From a virus (taxonomy: Duplodnaviria; Caudoviricetes), in IMG/VR virus record IMGVR_UViG_3300048837_000071, positions 1-44,437 of that record: a stretch of DNA of 44,437 nt; one strand, 5' to 3'. This document shows, in pieces, positions 1 through 7,135 of the stretch (within the stretch, counting starts at the first letter, position 1; each line of letters opens with the position of its first letter). The notes under the pieces were generated by a model. That model saw nothing but the letters and a program-made list of their open reading frames with translations. It did not search any database and was not told the origin of the DNA. Position numbers and translations under genes: made by a program.

Positions 1-158
1 ACGAGCGAAGATGCTCTCGTTTGTGACAACTCGGGCATAGCGTCTCCAAGTTGCCAAGTGAATTGTTTTGTACGTTCTCGTCCTTGTGATGCACATGCAT
101 TCTCGGTCGGCTGTTGCCGCATCGAGCGCAGTTGGGTTCCGCCACCTTGTGTGCCTCC
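1..158. repeat. Terminal direct repeat (circular overlap), left copy
   Basis: 1-158 matches 44280-44437 except at position 26 (a vs g) and 32 (c vs t). Reading frames continue across the join. Confidence 0.97.
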
Positions 159-340
159 CGGTGTCGCGCTGTTGAAGAAGTCCCCCAGTTCCCGCGACTG
201 TTGGCACAGGTGAGCGAGCAATACCGTCGCTTCCGGAAGACCGAGGCATCTTCCAAGCGATTGCCAAATCGCTTGCGGGTCATTTCCATCCCACACCGCT
301 CGCATGACTTGCTCGGCAAGTCTTGTCTGTTTACACACAT
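1..340 (-). CDS. Zinc-finger HNH endonuclease nested in an alternative frame of the methyltransferase gene; continues to the stop at 44260 (119 aa)
   Basis: ATG at 340 with GGAGG 9 nt upstream. Translation: MCVNRQDLPSKSCERCGMEMTRKRFGNRLEDASVFRKRRYCSLTCANSRGNWG...CARCGNSRPRMHVHHKDENVQNNSLGNLETLCPSCHKREHLRSSARCAG. Classic CxxC...HH...N..L..LCxxCH..H. Confidence 0.88.
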   Translation of the reverse strand, partial: MCVNRQDLPSKSCERCGMEMTRKRFGNRLEDASVFRKRRYCSLTCANSRGNWGTSSTARHREAHKVAEPNCARCGNSRPRMHVHHKDENVQNNSLGNLETLCPSCHKREHLRS

Positions 341-1283
341 GGTTCACTTCCTCCGCCGCTTCTCGGTTGGTGCGCAGTAGTCCCACTGCACGGGTAATCC
401 CATCAACCATCTGCTGTGCGATGGGTTCAACTGGCCGCCACTTTCCATCCCGGCACAGGAGCCAGTCAGCATCTCGCCAGTGACCGTGAGTCGTGCTGGG
501 CCTTCGATCGGGAGACACTCCCTCGCGTTCGGCGTTCTCCCTTCGGCGAATTCCTCGCTCCTCACCTTCTCGTTCGCTGTCGGCGTCGGCCATCCCGCCA
601 GGACCGCAACCTCGTTCAACGGCCTCGCGTTGTCGCCCCACTTCTCCCGGGTTGCGCCCTTCCAATCCCTCGCCGATGCTGTCGGCCATGCGCTCAATCT
701 CGCCGCGTCGGTCAACGTCGTCCCTGCATGATGCGTCGGTGTCGCCGGGTAATCTCTCACCCCGGAGCCCGATTGATCCTGTTTCGTCGGCCACGAACCA
801 CAATCGTTGACGGATATGCGGTGCGCCGACGCCCGCAGCAGGGATACCGACTGGCGCAAAGGCGTAGCCGATTCCTTCCATGTCAGCTTGAACAAGGTCG
901 AGCCAGCCGTGCCTAATCGCCGCTTCAACTTGCTCACCAAAGACAACCGGAGGTCGGCACTGCGCGATGAGCCAATGCCAGGCGGGCCATAGGTGCCGCT
1001 CGTCGCGCATCCCAGCGTTAGCGCCAGCCACGCTGAAAGGCTGGCAGGGACAAGACCCCGTCCACACTGCTCGGGAGTCAGGCCATTGGGCCATACGAAG
1101 GGCGTAGGACCACACGCCGATTCCGGCGAAGAAATGACATTGGGTATAGCCTCGCAAGTCTGCGGGTGTGACATCCTCGATGCTCCTCTCGTCCACATCA
1201 CCGGGCGCGATGAGCCCGCACAGAATCAGATTGCGCAACCACTCGGCCGCGTAAGGATCGACTTCGTTGTAATAGGCGGGCAC
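1..1283 (-). CDS. C5 cytosine DNA methyltransferase, alpha/catalytic frame; 5' part, continues across the junction to 44138 (474 aa total)
   Basis: Hand translation from GTG at 1283: MPAYYNEVDPYAAEWLRNLI..., HFFAGIG (motif I), GSCPCQPFS (IV), FGEQV (VI), APHIRQRLWFVA (VIII). No stop down to base 1. In frame with 44138..44401, which has RLRAYGNAIV (X). Confidence 0.92.
   Translation of the reverse strand, partial: MPAYYNEVDPYAAEWLRNLILCGLIAPGDVDERSIEDVTPADLRGYTQCHFFAGIGVWSYALRMAQWPDSRAVWTGSCPCQPFSVAGANAGMRDERHLWPAWHWLIAQCRPPVVFGEQVEAAIRHGWLDLVQADMEGIGYAFAPVGIPAAGVGAPHIRQRLWFVADETGSIGLRGERLPGDTDASCRDDVDRRGEIERMADSIGEGLEGRNPGEVGRQREAVERGCGPGGMADADSEREGEERGIRRRENAEREGVSPDRRPSTTHGHWRDADWLLCRDGKWRPVEPIAQQMVDGITRAVGLLRTNREAAEEVNHVCKQTRLAEQVMRAVWDGNDPQAIWQSLGRCLGLPEATVLLAHLCQQSRELGDFFNSATPGGTQGGGTQLRSMRQQPTENACASQGRERTKQFTWQLGDAMPELSQTRASSL
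344..1174 (-). CDS. Putative beta subunit (TRD/motif IX) of the split C5 methyltransferase, nested in an alternative frame
   Basis: Long ORF (344..1201) fully inside the alpha frame. ATG 1174 has AGGAG 8 nt upstream. WPT repeats and C-terminal LNPSHSRWLMGLPVQW resemble motif IX, which the alpha frame lacks. Analogous to M.EcoHK31I. True start uncertain. Confidence 0.7.
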   Translation of the reverse strand: MSHPQTCEAIPNVISSPESACGPTPFVWPNGLTPEQCGRGLVPASLSAWLALTLGCATSGTYGPPGIGSSRSADLRLSLVSKLKRRLGTAGSTLFKLTWKESATPLRQSVSLLRASAHRISVNDCGSWPTKQDQSGSGVRDYPATPTHHAGTTLTDAARLSAWPTASARDWKGATREKWGDNARPLNEVAVLAGWPTPTANEKVRSEEFAEGRTPNARECLPIEGPARLTVTGEMLTGSCAGMESGGQLNPSHSRWLMGLPVQWDYCAPTEKRRRK

Positions 1284-1286
1284 ACC

Positions 1287-1514
1287 CTACCCCCTTGTCA
1301 TATAGCGTTCGGGGTATAGGATCTGCAATTCGGTGATCGCATGCCCGAAGTGTTTTGCCAGGCGCTCGGCGATCTCCGGACTGGATCGATGCTCCGCGTT
1401 CTCGATCCGGGACAAATTCGACGGGCTCGTCCCCACGGACGCGGCGACTTGCCGCACGGATTCGCCCCGCTCCTCGCGCGCTTTCTTCAGCGGCGTGACT
1501 TTTTTCGCTCGCAT
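1287..1514 (-). CDS. Cro-like XRE HTH regulator
   Basis: LKKAREERGESVRQVAASVGTSPSNLSRIEN HTH; divergent from a second HTH gene. Confidence 0.85.
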   Translation of the reverse strand: MRAKKVTPLKKAREERGESVRQVAASVGTSPSNLSRIENAEHRSSPEIAERLAKHFGHAITELQILYPERYMTRG

Positions 1515-1546
1515 TGCTCTTTCCTTTGGTCTAGGTGCCGGCGAGT

Positions 1547-1563
1547 GTTGCGCTAAACGGGAC
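1547..1563. promoter_or_regulatory. Degenerate 17-bp operator GTTGCGCTAAACGGGAC
   Basis: Shares the GTTGCG half-site and length with the perfect palindromes at 1594 and 1933; lies upstream of the cro-like gene. Confidence 0.55.
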
Positions 1564-1593
1564 TTCGAGTCAAGCGGGAACGGGATTTGCCCT

Positions 1594-1623
1594 GTTGCGT
1601 GTCACGCAACTAACTCGTATAAC
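1594..1623 (+). promoter_or_regulatory. Operator GTTGCGT-N3-ACGCAAC (1594-1610) overlapping promoter TTGCGT-17-TATAAC of the repressor gene
   Basis: Perfect 7-3-7 palindrome. -10 at 1618-1623, only 9 nt before ATG 1633. Confidence 0.75.
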
Positions 1624-1632
1624 TCCCTGACC

Positions 1633-1809
1633 ATGAAAAAAGAATTCGGCAAAGTGCTGCGCGCACTGCGATTGCGAAAAGGGTTGACCCAGGAGCAAGT
1701 CGCTGAGCGCCTGGGCATTCGAAAGTCGGCCGTGTCCCGGTACGAGTCCGGGCAGGACGGGCCGACGTTGTACCTCTGCGCGGCAGCCCTCGCCAGCATG
1801 ACGCGCTAA
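1633..1809 (+). CDS. Short cI-like XRE HTH repressor (58 aa, possibly truncated)
   Basis: MKKEFGKVLRALRLRKGLTQEQVAERLGIRKSAVSRYESG; ends soon after the HTH with no S24 peptidase domain. Confidence 0.8.
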   Translation: MKKEFGKVLRALRLRKGLTQEQVAERLGIRKSAVSRYESGQDGPTLYLCAAALASMTR

Positions 1810-1831
1810 CCCGAACACATCCCCAGCTTGC

Positions 1832-1862
1832 AAAGCCCGCCTAGCGCGGGCTTTTTCTTTTT
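1832..1862 (+). terminator. Rho-independent terminator
   Basis: AAAGCCCGC-CTAGC-GCGGGCTTT followed by a T tract. Confidence 0.9.
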
Positions 1863-1888
1863 CACGATACGGGAAAAATAAATTCCGA

Positions 1889-1949
1889 GTTGCGCTTGAC
1901 AGGACTCGGGATCGCCTTTATCTTGACTGCACGTTGCGTTGAACGCAAC
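1889..1949 (+). promoter_or_regulatory. Sigma70 early promoter TTGACA-17-TATCTT flanked by two operators
   Basis: TTGACA 1896-1901, TATCTT 1919-1924. Degenerate operator 1889-1905 overlaps the -35. Perfect operator GTTGCGTTGAACGCAAC at 1933-1949. Confidence 0.85.
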
Positions 1950-1987
1950 AGCAAGAACCCGACCAATCGCAACAGGAGCCTAACGAA

Positions 1988-2200
1988 ATGTTTGCACCGA
2001 CCTACACCCCGCGCTTTGTCACCTCCGAGCAATTGCTCGAACTCTTCGACCTTTGGCACATCGCGCGCACTGCGCTGAGCGGGAAGGGTTGCACGCGATA
2101 CACCCGGCTTCTGTGGGCGAGCGCGGAGTTCCACAAAGCTCACCCCGAGGTGAGCGCGACTGCCGCGTACAAAGACCTCGACAGTGCTTTGGGAGCGTGA
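1988..2200 (+). CDS. Hypothetical early protein
   Basis: First ORF after the early promoter, with AGGAG RBS. Confidence 0.7.
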   Translation: MFAPTYTPRFVTSEQLLELFDLWHIARTALSGKGCTRYTRLLWASAEFHKAHPEVSATAAYKDLDSALGA

Positions 2201-2202
2201 TC

Positions 2203-2373
2203 ATGAAGCGCAAAGCGGCTCCAATGCAGCAAGCGGTCGCGCATCTGTTCGAGATCGGCACGACCGTCGCGACACCCCAACAAATCCTCGAAACCGCGAA
2301 CAAGTTTGACGTCGAAGTGTGGCGACTTGAAGGTTTCTATCTCGACGCAGTCGAAGACTGCTCCGAATCATGA
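2203..2373 (+). CDS. Hypothetical early protein (56 aa)
   Basis: ATG follows GGGAG; tightly packed with neighbours. Confidence 0.55.
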   Translation: MKRKAAPMQQAVAHLFEIGTTVATPQQILETANKFDVEVWRLEGFYLDAVEDCSES

Positions 2374-2463
2374 CTCCCCCAATCCTTCACGAGATCGCCG
2401 CGGGCGCGCTGTTCCTCCTGCTCGCTCACGGCGTCGTGTTCATCGCAATGGCATGGTGACAAA

Positions 2464-3129
2464 TTGAAAATCGAAATCAAATCCCGCTTTGACGACCGCG
2501 TGCTGTTCGCGCATGAGTGCGAGGGCAATACGATCAAGATCACGCTAGAGGCTGCGGTGGAAGCAGGCGCCAACCTCGCAGACGCCGACCTCGCACGCGC
2601 CTACCTCGCACGCGCCAACCTCGCAGACGCCAACCTCGCAGACGCCAACCTCGCAGGCGCCGACCTCGCACGCGCCTACCTCGCAGACGCCAACCTCGCA
2701 CGCGCCGACCTCGCAGGCGCCTACCTCGCAGGCGCCAACCTCGCAGGCGCCGACCTCGCACGCGCCTACCTCGCAGACGCCAACCTCGCAGACGCCAACC
2801 TCGCAGACGCCAACCTCGCAGACGCCGACCTCGCAGGCGCCGACCTCGCAGACGCCAACCTCGCAGACGCCGACCTCGCACGCGCCAACCTCGCAGGCGC
2901 CTACCTCGCAGGCGCCGACGGCGTTATCGACGCCGGAACGCCAAACCGCTGGCGCACTGTCGGCTGGTTGCGTGACGGCTATCTGTCTGTACGTGTGGGC
3001 TGTCGTGACAAGCGACTCGACGAAGGCCGCGCGTATTGGGCTGGAAAGTCTTATCGTGCAGAGGTTTTGGTCGCTCTCGATTACGTCGAACGGGTTGCGT
3101 TGCTTCGCGGATGGAAGACCTCGCCGTGA
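2464..3129 (+). CDS. Pentapeptide-repeat protein
   Basis: 23 tandem A(N/D/Y)LA(D/R/G) units. Confidence 0.92.
   Translation: MKIEIKSRFDDRVLFAHECEGNTIKITLEAAVEAGANLADADLARAYLARANLADANLADANLAGADLARAYLADANLARADLAGAYLAGANLAGADLARAYLADANLADANLADANLADADLAGADLADANLADADLARANLAGAYLAGADGVIDAGTPNRWRTVGWLRDGYLSVRVGCRDKRLDEGRAYWAGKSYRAEVLVALDYVERVALLRGWKTSP
2569..2913 (+). repeat. 23 x 15-bp coding tandem repeat
   Basis: Unit GCC-(A/G/T)AC-CTC-GCA-(GAC/CGC/GGC). Confidence 0.95.
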
Positions 3130-3449
3130 AACCCCGCCGATTCAGCCGACAGCACATCGCGCAGATGGTGCGCGCTCTGATGCACAAGGGACACACCGCT
3201 CGCACCTTGTCGATTGCGATGAGCGTCGACGAGTCCACCGCGCGCCGATGGTTGCGCGCGTTCCACGATGCCGAGGTGATCCACGTCGCAGGTTACGCCC
3301 CGGTGCGCAACCGCGCGCCGCAGGCTCCGATCTACCGCTTCGGCCAGGGCGACGACGCGCCGAAGGCTGAGCCGATGAGCGGCGCTGAGCGAAAGCGCAA
3401 GCACCGCGACCGATCGACACTGGAACGTGCATGGAGGGCGCAGCCGTGA
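3126..3449 (+). CDS. Putative winged-HTH DNA-binding protein
   Basis: GTGA overlap with the upstream stop; TARTLSIAMSVDESTARRWLRAF is HTH-like. Confidence 0.6.
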   Translation: MKPRRFSRQHIAQMVRALMHKGHTARTLSIAMSVDESTARRWLRAFHDAEVIHVAGYAPVRNRAPQAPIYRFGQGDDAPKAEPMSGAERKRKHRDRSTLERAWRAQP

Positions 3450-3643
3450 CCACGACCTACCGCTGGCCCATCGACTTCCGCACCCGCGAGACGTTCGTCC
3501 GTGTGTTCAAGGTGATCGGGCAACCCGCGACAAGCGCGATCCTCGATGAGATCGGCTATCCGACCCTCGCGCAGACCCCTCCGGAGCGCCGCCCGGAACT
3601 CATTGCCAAGATGCAGCAACGTGCTCGGGAGGTGCGATCGTGA
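3446..3643 (+). CDS. Hypothetical protein
   Basis: GTGA coupling at both ends; GGAGG upstream. Confidence 0.6.
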   Translation: MTTTYRWPIDFRTRETFVRVFKVIGQPATSAILDEIGYPTLAQTPPERRPELIAKMQQRAREVRS

Positions 3644-4020
3644 GCGTCAACGCCGGATGTTCGTGTGGATCTTGCCGCGGCCACTACGCCTTGGTCAACA
3701 AGTTGGGAGCCGAAGTGTGGAGTCAGCCGATCGATGCGGTGAAGTTGGCGAGATACGTCCGCGCCAAGCAAACGGGGAAGATCCCCGCCGACCCAGCCTA
3801 TGCGGCACACGTTCGCCATTCCAAGTTTGTCCCGAACTTGGAGTTCACCCGGGCGGAATTGACCGACCGCTCGGTCAAGTTCTACCGCCGCACCGCAAGT
3901 TTGGAAGAGCGTTCGACCGGACCCGATCGCAAGTTTCCCGACGCGAGCGTCACCGACATTCGCGAGTACGTACAGAAGTTCGAGCAATTGAACAACCTCG
4001 TTTCCACCATGAAAGGATGA
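3640..4020 (+). CDS. Hypothetical protein
   Basis: GGAGG RBS; overlapping start/stop. Confidence 0.6.
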   Translation: MSVNAGCSCGSCRGHYALVNKLGAEVWSQPIDAVKLARYVRAKQTGKIPADPAYAAHVRHSKFVPNLEFTRAELTDRSVKFYRRTASLEERSTGPDRKFPDASVTDIREYVQKFEQLNNLVSTMKG

Positions 4021-4027
4021 ACCCAGC

Positions 4028-4438
4028 ATGTTCCCGATCGCAATGACCGTCAACGTAACGACCCCCGCCCAGCTTGCCGCGCTCACCGCGCTGATCAACG
4101 GCGAAGGCCCGGCAATGATCCGCCCGAACCGGGACGAGACGCCGAAGAAGGACGCGCCCGCCCCAAAAGCGCAACCGGATGCGCCCACGCCGACGCCCGA
4201 GTCGTCCGACGCTGGCAAGACGGAAGCAGCACCCGCCACTGCCGCGCCTGCGGCGAGCACTTCGTCGCTGACCTACCCCGAGACGGCGAAGTTCGTCACC
4301 AAGGTGATGCAGGTCAAGGGTAAGGACACCGCCGTCGCGATGCTCAAGGGGCTCGGGCTCAGCAACGCGAAGGAAGCCAAGCCCGAGCAATACCAGTCGA
4401 TCGTCGATGCGGCGAAGACGATTCTCGGGGAGGAGTGA
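4028..4438 (+). CDS. Small protein typical of the position upstream of DUF2800 (Pro/Ala linker plus short helical C-terminal domain)
   Basis: Composition and synteny. Confidence 0.7.
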   Translation: MFPIAMTVNVTTPAQLAALTALINGEGPAMIRPNRDETPKKDAPAPKAQPDAPTPTPESSDAGKTEAAPATAAPAASTSSLTYPETAKFVTKVMQVKGKDTAVAMLKGLGLSNAKEAKPEQYQSIVDAAKTILGEE

Positions 4439-4565
4439 TGGGACGAGGGCTTCGAAGTTGGAAGGCGAAGCAAGAGCGAAAACTCGTGCCGAAGCGCCTT
4501 CGCCAATATGCCAAGCGGTACGCCAACAAGTCGCCCGGTGACGTGTTGGCGATGCAACGGAGGTT

Positions 4566-5855
4566 TTGAAGATGAGCCATTCCAAATACTTCAGCGCATC
4601 GAAGTCGGCGCAATGGATCGCCTGCCCGGGGTCCATCGCGCTCGAGCAAGGACTGAGCGACTCGTCGTCGGTCTACGCGGACGAGGGCACAGCGGCCCAC
4701 TTCCTCGCGTCCGAGTGTCTCGAGAACAATCTCGACGTCGCGGACTACGAGGGGCGCGAGATCGTCATCGTCAACGGCTATGCTCGCTGGGCATACTCGA
4801 GTGACGAACCCGGCGACGATCCGCGCTTCGCCGTGTCCGATCTCACCGAGGTGCAAACCTACCTCGACAACGTGCGCGGCCTAGCCGGCGAAAACCTCAT
4901 TCTCGTCGAACAGCGCGTCGAGTATTCGCACGTCACCGGGCAACCCGAGTCGTTCGGCACGGCCGACTGCATCATCCTTCTCGAACCCGAGTTGCAGGTC
5001 CACGATCTTAAGTTCGGGAAGGGCGTCAAAGTGGACGCCGAGCACAACACGCAGATGATGCTCTATGCGCTTGGTGCGCTCGCGCAGTGCGAAATGCTGG
5101 GTGAGTTCACCGCCGTGCGGATGTTCATCCATCAACCTCGCCTCGGGCATATCTCCGAGTGGGGGATCACCGTCGACATGCTCAAGCAATGGGGCAAGAT
5201 GGAAGCCGGGCGGGCCGCCGATCGAGTGATGGCCGCGATCGACTACCACAAGGCGCAGGGCGAGGTGCATGAGAAGTACCTCAACCCGGGCGAGAAACAA
5301 TGCCGCTGGTGCAAAGCCAAGGCAACATGCCCGGCGTTGCGCAATGAGATCGCCGATACGGTCGGCAATAAACAGCCCGGGACGAACGACGAGTTCGATG
5401 TCGTGAGCGAGGAGGTGATCGCCAAGGCTCCGTCGGAGCACCTCTCGATCGTCATGTCCAAGGTCGACCTCATCGAAGACTGGTGCCGCGCGGTGCGGGC
5501 CGAAGTCGAGCGACGACTTGCCAACGGTGTGCCGGTCCCGGGTTACAAGTTGGTCGAGGGTCGACGCGGGTCGCGTGCGTGGTCGAACAAAGACGAAGCC
5601 GAGACGATGCTCAAGGGGTTCCGGCTGAAGGCTGAGCAAATGTACGAGTTCAAGCTCATCACGCCGACGGCCGCCGAGAAACTCGCCAAGTCCGAAGTCA
5701 TCGGCAAGCGGCAATGGCCGAAGCTCCAAGCGCTCATCACCCAAGCCGACGGCAAGCCCAGCGTCGCCCCGGAGTCGGACCCCCGTCCGGCAATCACCCT
5801 GCAAGCCACGGCCGACGAGTTCGACACGGTCGAGGCTGGATGTGATTTGGTGTAG
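4566..5855 (+). CDS. DUF2800 Cas4-like PD-(D/E)xK exonuclease
   Basis: SAS..QWIACPG, EGTAAH, FGTADCI, VHDLKFGKG, QMMLYALG, CRWC..KATCP. Confidence 0.9.
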   Translation: MKMSHSKYFSASKSAQWIACPGSIALEQGLSDSSSVYADEGTAAHFLASECLENNLDVADYEGREIVIVNGYARWAYSSDEPGDDPRFAVSDLTEVQTYLDNVRGLAGENLILVEQRVEYSHVTGQPESFGTADCIILLEPELQVHDLKFGKGVKVDAEHNTQMMLYALGALAQCEMLGEFTAVRMFIHQPRLGHISEWGITVDMLKQWGKMEAGRAADRVMAAIDYHKAQGEVHEKYLNPGEKQCRWCKAKATCPALRNEIADTVGNKQPGTNDEFDVVSEEVIAKAPSEHLSIVMSKVDLIEDWCRAVRAEVERRLANGVPVPGYKLVEGRRGSRAWSNKDEAETMLKGFRLKAEQMYEFKLITPTAAEKLAKSEVIGKRQWPKLQALITQADGKPSVAPESDPRPAITLQATADEFDTVEAGCDLV

Positions 5856-5857
5856 CG

Positions 5858-6037
5858 ATGGCACAACCGCCCATCCCGATCGCCAACGTCCTACCGGCCG
5901 CCGCTGCGCTCACGCTCAAGCGTGCCGCGCAAGTGCCTATCGAGCCGAACGACCCGCTGAGCCGGGTCAAGGCGATCGACCGGGCGATTCGACAAGTCCG
6001 ATTGCAGTACCCGCGTTTCTTTCAACAGGAGATTTAG
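5858..6037 (+). CDS. Hypothetical protein (59 aa, below the ORF-track cutoff)
   Basis: MAQPPIPIANVLP...RVKAIDRAIRQVRLQYPRFFQQEI; fills the gap between neighbours. Confidence 0.65.
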   Translation: MAQPPIPIANVLPAAAALTLKRAAQVPIEPNDPLSRVKAIDRAIRQVRLQYPRFFQQEI

Positions 6038-6040
6038 ATC

Positions 6041-6496
6041 GTGGGTCGTCCCACCAAAGATCGTGAACACGGAATGCACGGAACCCCGACGTATCGAAGT
6101 TGGGGAGACATGATTCGACGATGTTCATCGCCAAAGGCGTCGTCATATTCAAACTACGGCGCGCGAGGGATAACCGTATGTGCTCGGTGGAAGGATTTTC
6201 GAAACTTCCTAGCCGACATGGGAGTTCGGCCGGTAGGTATGTCTCTCGATCGAATCGATCCGAACGGGAACTACGAGCCGACGAACTGTCGATGGGCCGA
6301 TAGAAACACTCAGGCGCGCAATTGCCGTTTGAGAAAGGCTAATCGTAGCGGGATTCACGGGGTTTGGTGGTACGCAGAGCGTGGGGCATATAAGGCTTGC
6401 ATTCATCGCGGCGGCAAGCTGATTCATCTCGGGCAAACGAGCGATTTCTTCGAAGCGTGTTGCCTTCGTAAGTCCGCGGAACTTCGTTACTTGTAA
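6041..6496 (+). CDS. Free-standing HNH homing endonuclease with AP2-like C-terminus
   Basis: YGARGITVCARW..F..FLADMG.RP..SLDRIDPNGNYEPTNCRWA...QARN, then SGIHGVWW...IHLG; visibly more AT-rich than its flanks. Confidence 0.88.
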   Translation: MGRPTKDREHGMHGTPTYRSWGDMIRRCSSPKASSYSNYGARGITVCARWKDFRNFLADMGVRPVGMSLDRIDPNGNYEPTNCRWADRNTQARNCRLRKANRSGIHGVWWYAERGAYKACIHRGGKLIHLGQTSDFFEACCLRKSAELRYL

Positions 6497-6508
6497 AGGA
6501 AAACGACC

Positions 6509-7048
6509 ATGCAAATCAAATTATCCGGAGTTCGTTTGGCCTTCCCGACCATTTGGGAAGCGAAGACTGTCAACGGCGAAGGGGAGCCCGCGTTCTCCGC
6601 ATCGTTCCTCATGGCGCCGGATCACCCCGACGTCGCCAAGATCCGCGAGGCGGCCGACAAGGTCGGCGCCGAGAAGTGGGGCGCCAAGTGGCCGGCGTTG
6701 AAGAAGGAACTCACGGCGAAGGACCGCATGCCGTTGCACGACGGCGACACCAAGTCGTCATACGCCGGGTTCGAGGGGAACCTCTACGTCTCGGCGCGCA
6801 ACAAGACGCGCCCGCTCGCCATCGACCGGGACAAGTCGCCGCTCACCGTCGCCGACGGTCGGCCCTATGGCGGATGCTACGTGAACGCGTCGATCGAACT
6901 GTGGTGCCAGGACAACAACTTCGGCAAGCGGATCAACGCAAGCCTGCGCGGCATTCAGTTCCTCCGGGACGGCGAGGCGTTCAGCGGCGGCGGGGTTGCC
7001 GATGCCGACGAGTTCGATTCCGAGAGCGAGGAAGACTCGCTCGTCTAA
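6509..7048 (+). CDS. DUF2815 single-stranded DNA-binding protein
   Basis: VRLAFP, PLHDGD, YGGCYVNASI, L.GIQFLRDGEAF and an acidic tail. Confidence 0.9.
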   Translation: MQIKLSGVRLAFPTIWEAKTVNGEGEPAFSASFLMAPDHPDVAKIREAADKVGAEKWGAKWPALKKELTAKDRMPLHDGDTKSSYAGFEGNLYVSARNKTRPLAIDRDKSPLTVADGRPYGGCYVNASIELWCQDNNFGKRINASLRGIQFLRDGEAFSGGGVADADEFDSESEEDSLV

Positions 7049-7135
7049 CGATCAACGGGACGGCGAGCGGCTTTTGACGTGGGCCGCGCCCTTGTGGCGA
7101 GGCGCCGTCCCACCCAACACACAACGGGAGAAGTC

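Noticed and set aside
1-158. Physical terminal repeat of the virion DNA
   Set aside because: It falls mid-gene and its exact part is 126 bp, which fits an assembly overlap better. True ends cannot be determined from this sequence.
1-430. Group I intron or intein housing the nested HNH
   Set aside because: The HNH is in a different frame from the host protein, so it is not an intein. Only tens of bases flank it, too few for a ribozyme core. RT-PCR would settle it.
1333-1632. N-terminal extension of the repressor ORF (158 aa in the track)
   Set aside because: Runs antisense through the cro-like gene and the operator region. The promoter position supports ATG 1633.
2569-2913. CRISPR array, given the repeats and a Cas4-like gene nearby
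   Set aside because: Contiguous 15-bp coding units without spacers. DUF2800 is a routine phage replication nuclease.
2517-2975. Arg-rich ORFs in other frames of the repeat
   Set aside because: By-products of a stop-free 15-bp repeat.
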